Of a stretch of DNA of 64,000 bases, positions 46,261-56,093 are shown one piece after another (position 1 is the stretch's first letter; each line of letters begins with the position of its first letter). The DNA lies in the NCBI GenBank assembly GCA_049324535.1, contig JBMOOG010000020.1, positions 287 to 64,286 on the forward strand. The letters are read 5' to 3'. Source of the DNA: Pseudomonadota bacterium. GTDB lineage: Bacteria; Pseudomonadota; Alphaproteobacteria; Rhodobacterales; Rhodobacteraceae. The notes under the pieces were generated by a model, which was not told where the DNA came from, searched no databases, and saw only the letters and a program-made list of their open reading frames with translations. The translations under genes were made by a program, and so were the position numbers.

Positions 46261-47027
46261 CAGGCATAGTCCTTTGCGTAGTCGCGCCCGGCATGGCGCA
46301 GGAAGAAGAGACCCAGAAGGAACAGGGGCAGGCTCATCACGACGCTGCCATAGTCGCCAAGGGCGGTGGCGGCTGACGCGGCATCCGCCGCAGGCGCTCC
46401 ACCGGCTGCGACCAGGAAGGTGCCTGCATCCCAAAGCCCATGCAGCACGATCCCGGTCCAGAGCGAGCCCGTCCGCAGCCGCACGGCGGCGAGGAACAGC
46501 CCCGAGAGGAACGCGGCGCCGGCCTGCACCACCGCCCCGCGCAGGTCGCCCGTCAGGAACACGTTCAGCACATGCATCGCCCCGAAGATCAGCGACGACC
46601 CGAGGATCGCCGCCCAGATCTCGAAGCTGCGGTGAAGGCCGCGCAGCCAGACGCCGCGGAACATCACCTCCTCGGACCAGCCGACCATCAGCGTGTTGGC
46701 CAGGATGAACAGGCTCACGCTTGCCGGTGGAAACCCGGAAGCCAGGACATTGGCCGCGAAGAGCGCAAGGAACAGAAGCCAGGGCCAGATCACCCGCAGC
46801 GTGCCGCGCTGCGGGCCTTGCGCCAGACCGACATCCCGCCACCAGCGGAACGCCACCACGACGATCAGCAGGAACAGGCTCGCCGCCGCCAGCGAGGGCG
46901 AAAGCCCATGCTTCACGAGGTCGAGAAGGTCGATCCCCCCGGGTCCGGTTCCCGCGATCTGGATGCCGGAATTGATCGCCTGCCAGACCAGATAGACCCC
47001 AAGCGCCACCAGTGCCGTGAGTTTCAT
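46260..47027 (-). CDS. CPBP-family (CAAX/Abi) intramembrane glutamic endopeptidase
   Basis: SEEVMFRG (EExxxR), FGAMHVLN (FxxxH) and HGLWD (HxxxD) motifs in a polytopic protein. Confidence 0.85.
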   Translation of the reverse strand: MKLTALVALGVYLVWQAINSGIQIAGTGPGGIDLLDLVKHGLSPSLAAASLFLLIVVVAFRWWRDVGLAQGPQRGTLRVIWPWLLFLALFAANVLASGFPPASVSLFILANTLMVGWSEEVMFRGVWLRGLHRSFEIWAAILGSSLIFGAMHVLNVFLTGDLRGAVVQAGAAFLSGLFLAAVRLRTGSLWTGIVLHGLWDAGTFLVAAGGAPAADAASAATALGDYGSVVMSLPLFLLGLFFLRHAGRDYAKDYA

Positions 47028-49000
47028 TTCGACCAGGTCCCGTCGGGCAGAAGGAAGGCCGGCGTCAGCGCCTGCGCGCAGGCGGCATCGAACGGCGCTT
47101 CGGGGTTTTCAAGGAAGGCCGCGCCAATGTCCTTGGCGCATTGCGAGAACGCGAGCGTGCCGTGGCCGGATTCCGGGAAGAACACCAGCCGCCCTTTCGG
47201 CAGCGACGACACCATCAAGGCCCCCCAGCTGGGCGCCGTCTGGGTATCGAAGGCGCCCTGCATGACCAGCGTCGGTATCGGGGCCGTCACCGGGTCGTGG
47301 AAGCCCGCGCGCGGCTGCGGCACGAATTCCTTGCACAGGTCGAAGAAGGTCGCGTTCACGACGGATTCGTAGACATTGGTCAGGCTCGCCGGCCAGCCGA
47401 ATTCGGATTGCAGACGGGCACTGACCGCCGCGGCCCCGGCCGGAGAGTTGATGTCCATGTCCTCCTGACAGGCGAACATCTGGGTCTGGAAGCCTTCCAG
47501 CAGAACCCGGTCGAGCGCGGCGTTGTCCGCGCCCACGCGGGCAAAGACCTGCGCCACCTGCCCGTCGTCCAGCATCCCGGCAAGGGTCTCGAGCCGCGCC
47601 AGCGTCTCGCCCGAGAACTGACGCGCCAGCATGGCCAAGAGAGCCCCCCGTGTCGGCTGTCCCGACCGCAGGCGCAGGTAGTCGGCGGCAAAGCCCACCC
47701 GGGCGGGCTGGTCGGGCAGCGCCAGGGCCGCGGCCTTGAGCGCGGCCTCGAATTCATCCACCAGCCCCGCCCCGCTGGCGACGGCGGCGCGGTCGCCCTC
47801 GAGCCGCGCCAGCATCGCCTCGACCGCCTTGTCGTTCTCGCGCCCCGCCATGGCGAGCCGCAGGGCGGTTTCGGCGAAGGCCATCGCATCGGCATCAAGG
47901 CCCGTGAGCCCGGCAAGCGCGCTTTCCGGCGTGGGGTGCAGGGCGATCTGGCCGCTGGTCAGGGCATTGAGCGTCGTCATGTCGCCCGCCTCGAGTTCGG
48001 CCACGATCTTCGGCACATAGCCGGTCAGCCCCTGCCGCTGCGCCTTCCAGTTGTTGCGGCCATCGACCAGCTCATAGAGCGCGCCGGGGTTGACCTGACC
48101 GGGACCGGGCGGCCCGGCGGCGGGATCCACCCCGGCAAAGAGGGCCCAGAAGCGGTTCCTCAGATCCGGGTAGGCGGCGGCGCATTTCGCATCGGCGGTG
48201 CAGGCGTCGAAGATGGACTGGATCGCCTCGGCATGCGGCAGGGCCAGCGTGTCGTAGATCGGCACCTGTACGGGGGCGACCGAGTCCAGCACCACCGACC
48301 GCAGGCCTTCGGGGGCCGAGCGCATCACTTCCTGCCCGAGCTTCGTGCCGTAGGAGATGCCGTAGATGTTGTAGGTGGGATAGCCCAGCGTGTGCATCAC
48401 CGCCGACACGTCCTGCGCGTTCTGCCAGGTGTTGATCTTGGTGATGTCGGCGCCCGAGGCGGCGATCTCGTCCAGACAGGCGCGGGTCATCGTGCGCGTC
48501 AGCGCCACGGTGTCCCCGATGCCCTGCGTTGCCTTGACCAGAGCCTCGGGGTCGGACGCGAGCGTGTCGAAGCAGCGCGACTCGGCCGCGGCCGACTGGT
48601 CCACCCCGCGCTGGTCGAAGGCCACCACATCGCGGCGGGTGCGCAGGTGTTCGAAGAAGGTGGTGGTCAGCGAGGCGCGCGCCACGATGCCGACACCGGG
48701 GCCGCCGTGCAGGTGCACCACGGCGTCGGGGGCGGGCGACAGCGAGCGCGACTTGAAGATCATGAAGGCCAGGTCGATCCGCCGGCCTTCGGGGTTCGCG
48801 TGATCCTCGGGCACGGAGACCTTGCCGCAGGCCACCGTGCGGCCTTCGATCTCGAACTGTGCCAGCGGGCGCGGGCAGGCGGTGGCGACCACCGGATAGC
48901 GGGGATCGGCCCCGCCCGCGGCGATGACCGGAAACAGCGGGTCGGCAGGCGGCGGCGCGGTCAGCGCCAGCACGAAGGCAACGATCTGGTCGGGGGTCAT
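47024..49000 (-). CDS. Alpha/beta hydrolase 1 (tripeptidyl-aminopeptidase/TAP-like) with a large helical insert
   Basis: HLHGGPG, GISYG (GxSxG). C-terminal TAP-like region (PTLVMQGAFDTQT...SGHG). Stop overlaps the CPBP start (ATGA). Paralogue of 49162..51102. Confidence 0.8.
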   Translation of the reverse strand: MTPDQIVAFVLALTAPPPADPLFPVIAAGGADPRYPVVATACPRPLAQFEIEGRTVACGKVSVPEDHANPEGRRIDLAFMIFKSRSLSPAPDAVVHLHGGPGVGIVARASLTTTFFEHLRTRRDVVAFDQRGVDQSAAAESRCFDTLASDPEALVKATQGIGDTVALTRTMTRACLDEIAASGADITKINTWQNAQDVSAVMHTLGYPTYNIYGISYGTKLGQEVMRSAPEGLRSVVLDSVAPVQVPIYDTLALPHAEAIQSIFDACTADAKCAAAYPDLRNRFWALFAGVDPAAGPPGPGQVNPGALYELVDGRNNWKAQRQGLTGYVPKIVAELEAGDMTTLNALTSGQIALHPTPESALAGLTGLDADAMAFAETALRLAMAGRENDKAVEAMLARLEGDRAAVASGAGLVDEFEAALKAAALALPDQPARVGFAADYLRLRSGQPTRGALLAMLARQFSGETLARLETLAGMLDDGQVAQVFARVGADNAALDRVLLEGFQTQMFACQEDMDINSPAGAAAVSARLQSEFGWPASLTNVYESVVNATFFDLCKEFVPQPRAGFHDPVTAPIPTLVMQGAFDTQTAPSWGALMVSSLPKGRLVFFPESGHGTLAFSQCAKDIGAAFLENPEAPFDAACAQALTPAFLLPDGTWSK

Positions 49001-49048
49001 GGGCGGCTTTCCTGTGCACTCGCGCCAACTTCCGGCTTTTCCCGCGCC

Positions 49049-49111
49049 GCGCCTATCCGGTTCGCGAAATCCGGCGGCCGAGGGCCCGCGCTTCGCGTTG
49101 CGGATAGGCGC
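49049..49111. promoter_or_regulatory. Inverted repeat GCGCCTATCCG...CGGATAGGCGC carrying two facing copies of the TTCGCG-N3-CGGATAG box
   Basis: The 11-bp perfect arms are at 49049-49059 and 49101-49111. The repeat is centred at 49080; the midpoint between the two divergent start codons (49000 and 49162) is 49081. Confidence 0.6.
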
Positions 49112-49161
49112 ACATCAGGAACCTGCTACACCGTTCGCACCACCGCACCGGAGCCCGCACC

Positions 49162-51102
49162 ATGACCCCTGACGAGATCGTCGCCGCCGTCATGGCGCTT
49201 GTGGCTGGCACCGCCGACCCATCGGCCTTTGCCACCATCAAGGCCGGAGGCGGCGATCCGCGCTATCCCGTGACGGTCGAGGCCTGCCCCCGCCCCCTGC
49301 CAGCAGGGGAAATCGAGGGCCAGACGGTGATCTGCGGCCGCGTCGAGGTGCCCGAGGTGCATGGCAAGGAGGACAGCCGGCGGATCGGGCTGGCCTTCGC
49401 CGTGCTGAAGGCGCGCACCCAGAGCCCGGCCCCCGACCCGGTGGTCTATCTGCACGGCGGCCCCGGCGGCGGTGCGGTCAGGGATCTCTGGTCGATCGTG
49501 GTACCGATCTTCGACCAGTTCCGCGCCCGCCGCGACCTTGTGACCTTCGACCAGCGTGCGGCGGGCATTTCGTCGGACATGGTGAGCTGTCTCGATACGC
49601 TCGGGGCCAACATCGTGTCGCTCATGGCGCCGGGTGCCCTGCCGGAAGCCGCCTCGGAAGGGGAACTCGTCACCCGCTGCCTCGACGAGATCAAGGCGAA
49701 AAGCGGCGACATCACCGCCTACAACACCACCCAGAACACCTATGACACGCAGGCGCTGATGCGGGCGCTGGGCTATAAGGAATGGAACCTCTACGGCATT
49801 TCCTACGGCACCCAGCTGGCGCTCGAGGTGATGCGGTCCGCGCCCGAGGGCACGCGGTCGGTGGTGATCGACAGCGTCTTTCCGACCGACGTGAAGGGCT
49901 ATGACGAGAACATCAAGCCCTTGCAGGAGTCGATTCAGGCCACGCTCGACCAGTGCGCCGCCGATCCCGCCTGCGCCGCCGCCTATCCGGACCTTGAAGG
50001 AACGCTCGTCCGCGTGGCGGAGAAGCTCGCGGCAAACCCGATCCCGGCGGCGCGCGGCCGCGCCGAGATCACGCTCAAGGCGCTGATCGACCTGTTCGAC
50101 GGCCGCAACAGCTCGGGCGCCATCCCCCAGATCACCGCCCATATCCCGCTGATCCTGACCGAGCTGGAGAGGGGCGAGACCAAGACCTGGGACATGCTCA
50201 CCTCGGGTGGCACGCGCAAGGCGCCGACCACCGCCGAGCGTCTGGCCGCTGCCACACTGACGCCCGAGCAGAGGGCGCTGGCGACGCTGCTTCTGGATCA
50301 TGCCGGCGCGCAGCGCAGCGATGATGCGGCGATGGCGGCGGCCCTGTCGGCGCTGTCGGACTCGCTGGGGCGCAGCCAGTCCGGCGCCTCGGACCTCGCC
50401 ACCCGTTTCGATGCCGAGGTCACGCGGTCGATCACCGCGACCCGCTCGCGCGAGGCGATGCTCGACTTCGTCGTGGCCTACGCCGGCCTTGCGACGCAGA
50501 CCCCGTCGCGCGAGGCGCTCCGCGCTCTGGTCGAACCCCGTCTGCCCGCCGCCGACCTGCCGCAGATCCTTGCCCTGATCGACGTGATGACCGATGCGGA
50601 TGTGCGCGCGGTCTTTGCCGCCGTGTCGGGCGATACGCGCAAGGCCTTTGGCCCGATGGTGGGCTTCTTCGACCTGATGGTGATCGCCTGTCAGGAACAG
50701 CTGCCGTTCAACAGCCGCGAGGGCTACGACGCCTACAACGCCACGCTGAAATGGCCGTGGCTCACGCAGTCGAACAAGGCCGACACCACAATGTACGACA
50801 TCTGCCAGCTGTTGCCGCCCGCGCCCCGGCCCGAATTCCTGACGCCGGTCGTCAGCGACATTCCCACCATGGTGGTCTATGGACTGAACGATACGCAGAC
50901 CTCGTCGGCGGATGCCCGCCACGCGGCCGAAACGCTGTCGCGGTCGCAGGTCATCGAAGTGCCCGAGGCCGGGCATGGCGCGATCATCTTCTCGCAATGC
51001 GTGAAGGATATCGGCATGGCCTTCATCGAACGGCCGGAGACGCCGGTGGACACCACCTGCCTGGCCAGCCTGAAGCCGAAATTCGTGCTGCCGCCGGGCT
51101 AG
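49162..51102 (+). CDS. Alpha/beta hydrolase 2 (TAP-like), paralogue of 47024..49000
   Basis: Same architecture and collinear similarity (MTPDEIVA..., DPRYPV, YLHGGPG, GISYG, AGHG). The first 24 nt of the two CDS match at 20/24 positions. Confidence 0.8.
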   Translation: MTPDEIVAAVMALVAGTADPSAFATIKAGGGDPRYPVTVEACPRPLPAGEIEGQTVICGRVEVPEVHGKEDSRRIGLAFAVLKARTQSPAPDPVVYLHGGPGGGAVRDLWSIVVPIFDQFRARRDLVTFDQRAAGISSDMVSCLDTLGANIVSLMAPGALPEAASEGELVTRCLDEIKAKSGDITAYNTTQNTYDTQALMRALGYKEWNLYGISYGTQLALEVMRSAPEGTRSVVIDSVFPTDVKGYDENIKPLQESIQATLDQCAADPACAAAYPDLEGTLVRVAEKLAANPIPAARGRAEITLKALIDLFDGRNSSGAIPQITAHIPLILTELERGETKTWDMLTSGGTRKAPTTAERLAAATLTPEQRALATLLLDHAGAQRSDDAAMAAALSALSDSLGRSQSGASDLATRFDAEVTRSITATRSREAMLDFVVAYAGLATQTPSREALRALVEPRLPAADLPQILALIDVMTDADVRAVFAAVSGDTRKAFGPMVGFFDLMVIACQEQLPFNSREGYDAYNATLKWPWLTQSNKADTTMYDICQLLPPAPRPEFLTPVVSDIPTMVVYGLNDTQTSSADARHAAETLSRSQVIEVPEAGHGAIIFSQCVKDIGMAFIERPETPVDTTCLASLKPKFVLPPG

Positions 51103-51309
51103 GCTTCCGTCTCGGGGATGCAGGGAGGCATCACCGCCCCCGGGCACACCCGTCACCGGGGTCAGGGGTCAGGACTGACCGCGGAACGGGGCAGACCGCC
51201 CATGGCCCGACCTGTGCCGCCGGATCTCTTGCCATCCGTCCGCCCGCCGTGCTCGCCGACGGATCCGCCGGACGCGGGTAACGGCAGTCCGACCTGTGGC
51301 CGGGCCGTC

Positions 51310-52245
51310 TCAGGGGCTGGGCACGATGAAGTCCGGAACGATGCCCGATGCCTCGATGAAGGGTGCCGTGTCCCGACCGGCAAACAGCCCGTGATCGGTG
51401 ACCAGCACGCTGCGGCAGCCCGCCGCCGCCCCGCCCAGCACGTCGGTGTGCAGCGTGTCCCCCACCATCGCCAGCCGGTCGGGCGCAAGGCCGGTGCGGG
51501 CGATGCCCTCGGCAAAGGCCTCGGGGAAGGGCTTGCCGAACCAGTGCACCTCGACCCCCGGCAGCGCATCGAGCAGGTCGTGGCCGAAGAGCCCGGGTTC
51601 CAGCGTCAAGCCGCCTTCGCGCGGGGCCACGAGGTCGGGGTTGGCGATGACGAGGGGCCGCGGGCGGCGCTCGAGCGCCGCTACGAGCCGCCTCTGAAGC
51701 GCGGTCGACCAGCGCGCGGTGGACAGGAACAGGATGGCATCCGCCCGGTCCAGACGTGACGGATCGGCCAGCGCGTCGAGCACGCGGGCGGGTATGTCGT
51801 CGAACGTGTCACCGGCGGCCGCGATGGCGGCCCAGGTGGCGCCGGGGGCGATGGTCTCCAGCCGCGCCACGGCGACATCGCGCGAGGCCACCACCTCATC
51901 GGCCGTGAAGTCGAAGCCGAGGCGGTGATACTTGGCCAGGAGCTGCGGGCGGGTGTAGCTGGCCGCGTTGGTCAGGACTGCCAGCCGCTTGCCCCGCGCG
52001 CGCAGGGCGGCCATGCGCTCGACCGCGCCGGGTATCGCGGTTTCGCCCACGTTCAGCACCCCGAAGGCATCGAGCAGGAAGCCGTCCACCCGGTCGGCGA
52101 CCGCCTCGAGGCCCGGCAGGTTCAGCGCCCGCGCCGGATAGCGGGCGAAGGGCAGACGGGAGCGGATCCGCTCGTAGCGGGCAAAGGCCGAGGGCGCGTC
52201 GGACAGAAGGTCCCCTGCCCCGGCTTCGAGCGAGACATCAGACAC
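51310..52245 (-). CDS. HAD-superfamily hydrolase, subfamily IIA-like
   Basis: FLLDAFGVLN (DxxG motif I), LTNAAS, GKP, VGDTLHTDV. Confidence 0.75.
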   Translation of the reverse strand: MSDVSLEAGAGDLLSDAPSAFARYERIRSRLPFARYPARALNLPGLEAVADRVDGFLLDAFGVLNVGETAIPGAVERMAALRARGKRLAVLTNAASYTRPQLLAKYHRLGFDFTADEVVASRDVAVARLETIAPGATWAAIAAAGDTFDDIPARVLDALADPSRLDRADAILFLSTARWSTALQRRLVAALERRPRPLVIANPDLVAPREGGLTLEPGLFGHDLLDALPGVEVHWFGKPFPEAFAEGIARTGLAPDRLAMVGDTLHTDVLGGAAAGCRSVLVTDHGLFAGRDTAPFIEASGIVPDFIVPSP

Positions 52246-53005
52246 TGGTGAACCCGCCTTCCACCATCAAGAGCGCCCCGTTCACCATGGCCGAGGCGTC
52301 CGAGGCAAGGTAGAGCGCGGCATCCGCCACCTCGACCGGCTCGGCAAAGCGGCGGGCGGGCGTGGCGGCCCGGAACGGATCCCCCTTTTCCGGCGCACCC
52401 CAGACCTCGCGGCCCATGGGCGTCATCACCACGGTCGGGCAGATCGCATTGACCTGCACGTTGTGCCGCGCCCATTCCGCGCAGAGCGACTTGGTCAGCG
52501 CGTTCAGCCCGCCCTTGGACGCCGCATAGGCCGCATGGTCATCCAGCGCGATCACCCCGGTCTGGCTCGAGATGTTGATGATCTTGCCCCAGCGTTGGGC
52601 GATCATCGCCGGCGCAAGCGTGCGGGCCGTAAGGAAGGGTGCGCGAAGGTTCACCGCCATCATCCGGTCCCAGTCGGTGGTGGCGTAGTCGAGCGCCGGG
52701 CCGACCAGCGCGATCCCGGCCGAGTTCACCAGGATGTCGATCGTGCCCCATTCGGCAAGCGCCCGCCGGCAGGCCTCGACCGGCTCGGTCGGGCTTTCCA
52801 TCTCGGCCACCAGCGTCAGGCAGCGCCGACCCTGCGCCTGCACGGCATCGGCCGTGGCCGCAAGATCGGCCGTGTCGCGGCCCAGCGCGACGATGTCGGC
52901 GCCGGCTTCGGCGAAGACTCGGGCGATCTCGGCCCCGATGCCCTTGGAGGCCCCCGTGATCAGGGCCTTGCGGCCCGTCAGCGAAAAGCGGTCCTGCCAG
53001 CCCAT
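52238..53005 (-). CDS. SDR-family oxidoreductase
   Basis: ITGASKGIG (TGxxxGxG), NSAG, and YAASK (YxxxK). Confidence 0.85.
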   Translation of the reverse strand: MGWQDRFSLTGRKALITGASKGIGAEIARVFAEAGADIVALGRDTADLAATADAVQAQGRRCLTLVAEMESPTEPVEACRRALAEWGTIDILVNSAGIALVGPALDYATTDWDRMMAVNLRAPFLTARTLAPAMIAQRWGKIINISSQTGVIALDDHAAYAASKGGLNALTKSLCAEWARHNVQVNAICPTVVMTPMGREVWGAPEKGDPFRAATPARRFAEPVEVADAALYLASDASAMVNGALLMVEGGFTSV

Positions 53006-53008
53006 CGG

Positions 53009-53569
53009 CTACTCCAGATTGGTATGGCGGGCGCGCATCGCCTGCGGATCGACCCCCAGACGGTCGCGGAGGTCAAGGATCAGAAGCTCGAAGGCCAGAT
53101 ACTGCGCCCCCTCGTAGAGCGAGCCCATCGGCAGGACAGAAGCTGCCGCCGCCCCCTGGTCGTTCGCCATGGTCTGCGCCGGAATCACCAGCACGCGGTC
53201 CGCTGCCGTGGGTGCGCTGCCCTGCGGCTGGGCGGTGACGCAGGCGACCCTCGCCCCCGCCGCGCGCGCCACACCGATCAACCCGTTCACGGTGGAAAAG
53301 CTGCCCGGTCCGGCGCTGACCATGAGAAGGTCGCCCTCGCCCACAGGCGGGCAGGACATGTCGCCCACGACATGCGCATCAAGCCCCAAGTGGTAAAGCC
53401 GCATCGCCAGCGCCCGCATCATCAGCCCCTCGCGGCCGACGCCATAGCAGACGATCCGGCGGGCCCTGGCCAACTCCTCGACCATTCCCGCCATCGCGGC
53501 GGGATCGACGGCGGCGACCGCATCGCGGATTTCACCGGCGGCGCGGGCGGAACGATCGGCAAGCGTCAT
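53009..53569 (-). CDS. SIS-domain sugar-phosphate isomerase (6-phospho-3-hexuloisomerase-like)
   Basis: [25 protein letters not shown]...LLMVSAGPG...[15 protein letters not shown]. Confidence 0.7.
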   Translation of the reverse strand: MTLADRSARAAGEIRDAVAAVDPAAMAGMVEELARARRIVCYGVGREGLMMRALAMRLYHLGLDAHVVGDMSCPPVGEGDLLMVSAGPGSFSTVNGLIGVARAAGARVACVTAQPQGSAPTAADRVLVIPAQTMANDQGAAAASVLPMGSLYEGAQYLAFELLILDLRDRLGVDPQAMRARHTNLE

Positions 53570-54909
53570 GTTCCCACCTTGGTCTGTGCGGTCCGTGGAA
53601 GGGCGGCGGCGGCTGCCGGCTCAAGCAGCCCGACCTCGTCCAGAAGATCAAGCAGCGTGTAGCGGCTGCGCAGGAAGCGGGCCTTCAGGATCGTGCGGTA
53701 GAGGTAGGCCGGATCGACGCCGATCTCGGCCGCCTCGACCGGCGCCCCGGCACGGGCGAGGTGATCGGCCATGCGCGCCGGCGCCCAGAGCTGCGCGCGC
53801 AACCGCCCGACCACCTCGGGCCAGACCGTGCGCAGCCGCGCCAGCCGCGCCTGAAGCTCGGACCCCTCGACATGCTTGGCGCGGGTCTCTGCGATGGCAC
53901 GCTCGGCGATTTCGCCGGGGCCGAACCGGTCGCGGATCTCGGCCTCCTTGGCGGGCAGTCGCGGCGCGGCCGCGGCACGACGCGCCGGGTCGAGCGACGG
54001 AAGATCCTGCGACAGGAGCCAGTCATACATCCGCAGAACCGCCATGGCGCCGACCGCGACGCAGGCCCCGTGGCTGACCCGCTCGCCGCCATGGTGCAGG
54101 TCGTCCATTTCCCAAAGATGCGCGATCTGGTGGTCTGCCCCCGACGCGGGGCGCGAGGAACCATGCGCCTCCATCGCCAGACCGACCAGCGTCAGACCGA
54201 GGAACAACCCCTCGACCGCCGCGGGGTCGCCCGCCGCAATGCGGTCGGGCTGCGACAGCCACCCCGCCAGCCCGTCCTGCACCATCGGCCAGGCCACGCC
54301 GTCGATGGCTTCGATGCCCAGCGCGTCGGCCAGAATCCAGTCACCCCCCGCCGGCACCTTTCCCGCAAGGTCGCCGTAGCCCCAGCCCGTCATCTCGGCC
54401 GGCGCGGCGGCGATCACATCGAGGTCGGCAAGCAGGACCCTGGCCGGTCGGCAGGGGATGGTCTTCTTGAAACCCTTCTCCGACAGCGGCGCCCCGGCCG
54501 AGGTGTAGCCGTCCATGCTGGCCGCCGTGGCCACGCACATGTAGGGAATGCCGGCCGTGAAGGCCGCGTGCTTGACGAGGTCGTTCATCACGCCCGAGCC
54601 GACGGCCACCGGCGTTTCCCCCGGACGCAGCGCGGCGCGCAGGGAATCGGCCAGCTCCACCGTGGGCTTCGGCCGGGGCCGGGCCGCAATCACGTGACGG
54701 CGCGTCGGAAGGCCCGCCGCCGCAAGCGCGGCTTCCGCCGCCTCGCCCGCCGCGCCCCAGCCGCGGTCGTCGGCCATCAGCACCACGGGACCGCCGAAAT
54801 GGCGGGCGTAAAGCGCCCCAGCCTGTGCCAGCACCCCTCGGCCGATCACGACCTCGGCCACATTGGCCGAGCGCGCGACCGCCTCGCGGATCCGATCCTG
54901 CCCGCTCAT
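53566..54909 (-). CDS. sn-glycerol-1-phosphate dehydrogenase-like (AraM/EgsA, iron-ADH/DHQS superfamily)
   Basis: [21 protein letters not shown], and the HQIAHLWE...SHGACVA metal-site pattern. The ATG at 54909 overlaps the upstream stop (ATGA). Confidence 0.65.
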   Translation of the reverse strand: MSGQDRIREAVARSANVAEVVIGRGVLAQAGALYARHFGGPVVLMADDRGWGAAGEAAEAALAAAGLPTRRHVIAARPRPKPTVELADSLRAALRPGETPVAVGSGVMNDLVKHAAFTAGIPYMCVATAASMDGYTSAGAPLSEKGFKKTIPCRPARVLLADLDVIAAAPAEMTGWGYGDLAGKVPAGGDWILADALGIEAIDGVAWPMVQDGLAGWLSQPDRIAAGDPAAVEGLFLGLTLVGLAMEAHGSSRPASGADHQIAHLWEMDDLHHGGERVSHGACVAVGAMAVLRMYDWLLSQDLPSLDPARRAAAAPRLPAKEAEIRDRFGPGEIAERAIAETRAKHVEGSELQARLARLRTVWPEVVGRLRAQLWAPARMADHLARAGAPVEAAEIGVDPAYLYRTILKARFLRSRYTLLDLLDEVGLLEPAAAAALPRTAQTKVGT

Positions 54910-55967
54910 GCCGCCACTCCGCCCGAGGCCAGCGTGCGCCCGTCGGCCGCGAAATGATGCTGGCGCTGCACCGGCAGATCCAGCCCGATCTCGGCCCCCT
55001 GATCCAGCGTGGTGTCGCCGTCGGCCCGGGCCACCAGCGTCTGACCGCCCGGCAGGCGGACATAGAGATAGGCGTCGCCCCCCAACGTCTCGGCAAGGGT
55101 CACGGTTGCGCCAAGCTGCCCCTGCCCCGCCGGGCGCAGCACCAGATGTTCCGGCCGGATCCCGAGCTTCACCGTGCCCGGCGGAGCCGCGCCCAGAGCC
55201 GTGCCATTGACCGTCGCGTGGCCGTCGCGCAGTTCGACGGCCAGGACGTTCATCGACGGCGCCCCGATGAAGCCGGCGACGAATTCGCTTGCCGGACGGT
55301 GATAGAGCTCCATCGGCGCGCCGACCTGCTCGATGCGGCCGGCGTTCAGCACCACGATCTTGTCGGCCATGGTCATCGCCTCGACCTGGTCGTGGGTGAC
55401 GTAGATCATCGTGGCCTTCAGATCGCGGTGCAACGCCTCCAGCTCCACCCGCATCTGGACGCGCAGCTTGGCGTCGAGGTTCGACAGCGGTTCGTCGAAC
55501 AGGAAGACCTTCGGCTCCTTCACGATGGCGCGGCCGATTGCGACACGCTGCCGCTGCCCGCCGGACAGTTGCCCCGGCTTGCGATCGAGATAGGGTTCCA
55601 GTTGCAGGATGCGGGCGGCCTCGGCGATGCGGCGCTTGCGCTCGGCTTCGGGGAAGTTGTTGACCTTCATTCCGAAATCCATGTTCTCGCGCACCGTCAT
55701 GTGCGGATAGAGCGCATAGGACTGGAAGACCATCGCCACGTCCCGTTCGGACGGCGCGGCACGGGTCACGTCGCGGTCCCCGATGTGGATGGTGCCGCCG
55801 GAAATCTCCTCGAGCCCGGCGATCGAGCGCAGAAGCGTAGACTTGCCGCAGCCGGAGGGCCCGACGAAGACCACGAATTCGCCATCCTCGATAGTCAGCG
55901 ACACCGAATGCAGCGCCTGTGCCGCGCCGTAGTGCTTGTTGACCTGGCTCAGCCGGACCTCGGCCAT
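54906..55967 (-). CDS. Sugar ABC transporter ATP-binding protein (MalK/UgpC-like)
   Basis: GPSGCGKST, LSGGQRQRVAIGRA, FLFDEPLSNLD, plus a C-terminal TOBE-like region. Start at ATG 55967. Confidence 0.9.
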   Translation of the reverse strand: MAEVRLSQVNKHYGAAQALHSVSLTIEDGEFVVFVGPSGCGKSTLLRSIAGLEEISGGTIHIGDRDVTRAAPSERDVAMVFQSYALYPHMTVRENMDFGMKVNNFPEAERKRRIAEAARILQLEPYLDRKPGQLSGGQRQRVAIGRAIVKEPKVFLFDEPLSNLDAKLRVQMRVELEALHRDLKATMIYVTHDQVEAMTMADKIVVLNAGRIEQVGAPMELYHRPASEFVAGFIGAPSMNVLAVELRDGHATVNGTALGAAPPGTVKLGIRPEHLVLRPAGQGQLGATVTLAETLGGDAYLYVRLPGGQTLVARADGDTTLDQGAEIGLDLPVQRQHHFAADGRTLASGGVAA

Positions 55968-56007
55968 CGGCGCGTTCTCCCCCTGGTGCGGCGCGGTCCA
56001 CTTTTTC

Positions 56008-56065
56008 GTTGACTCGCTGCCGAAGTCATACATTTATATGTATGGCGTTACAAATGCATGTCAAC
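56008..56065. promoter_or_regulatory. AT-rich divergent control region with nested palindromes
   Basis: Outer GTTGAC (56008) / GTCAAC (56060). Inner CATACAT-TTAT-ATGTATG at 56027-56044. TTACAAATGCATG at 56048-56060. Confidence 0.55.
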
Positions 56066-56093
56066 TGCGAAACGCCTACCAGGGAGGACCACC

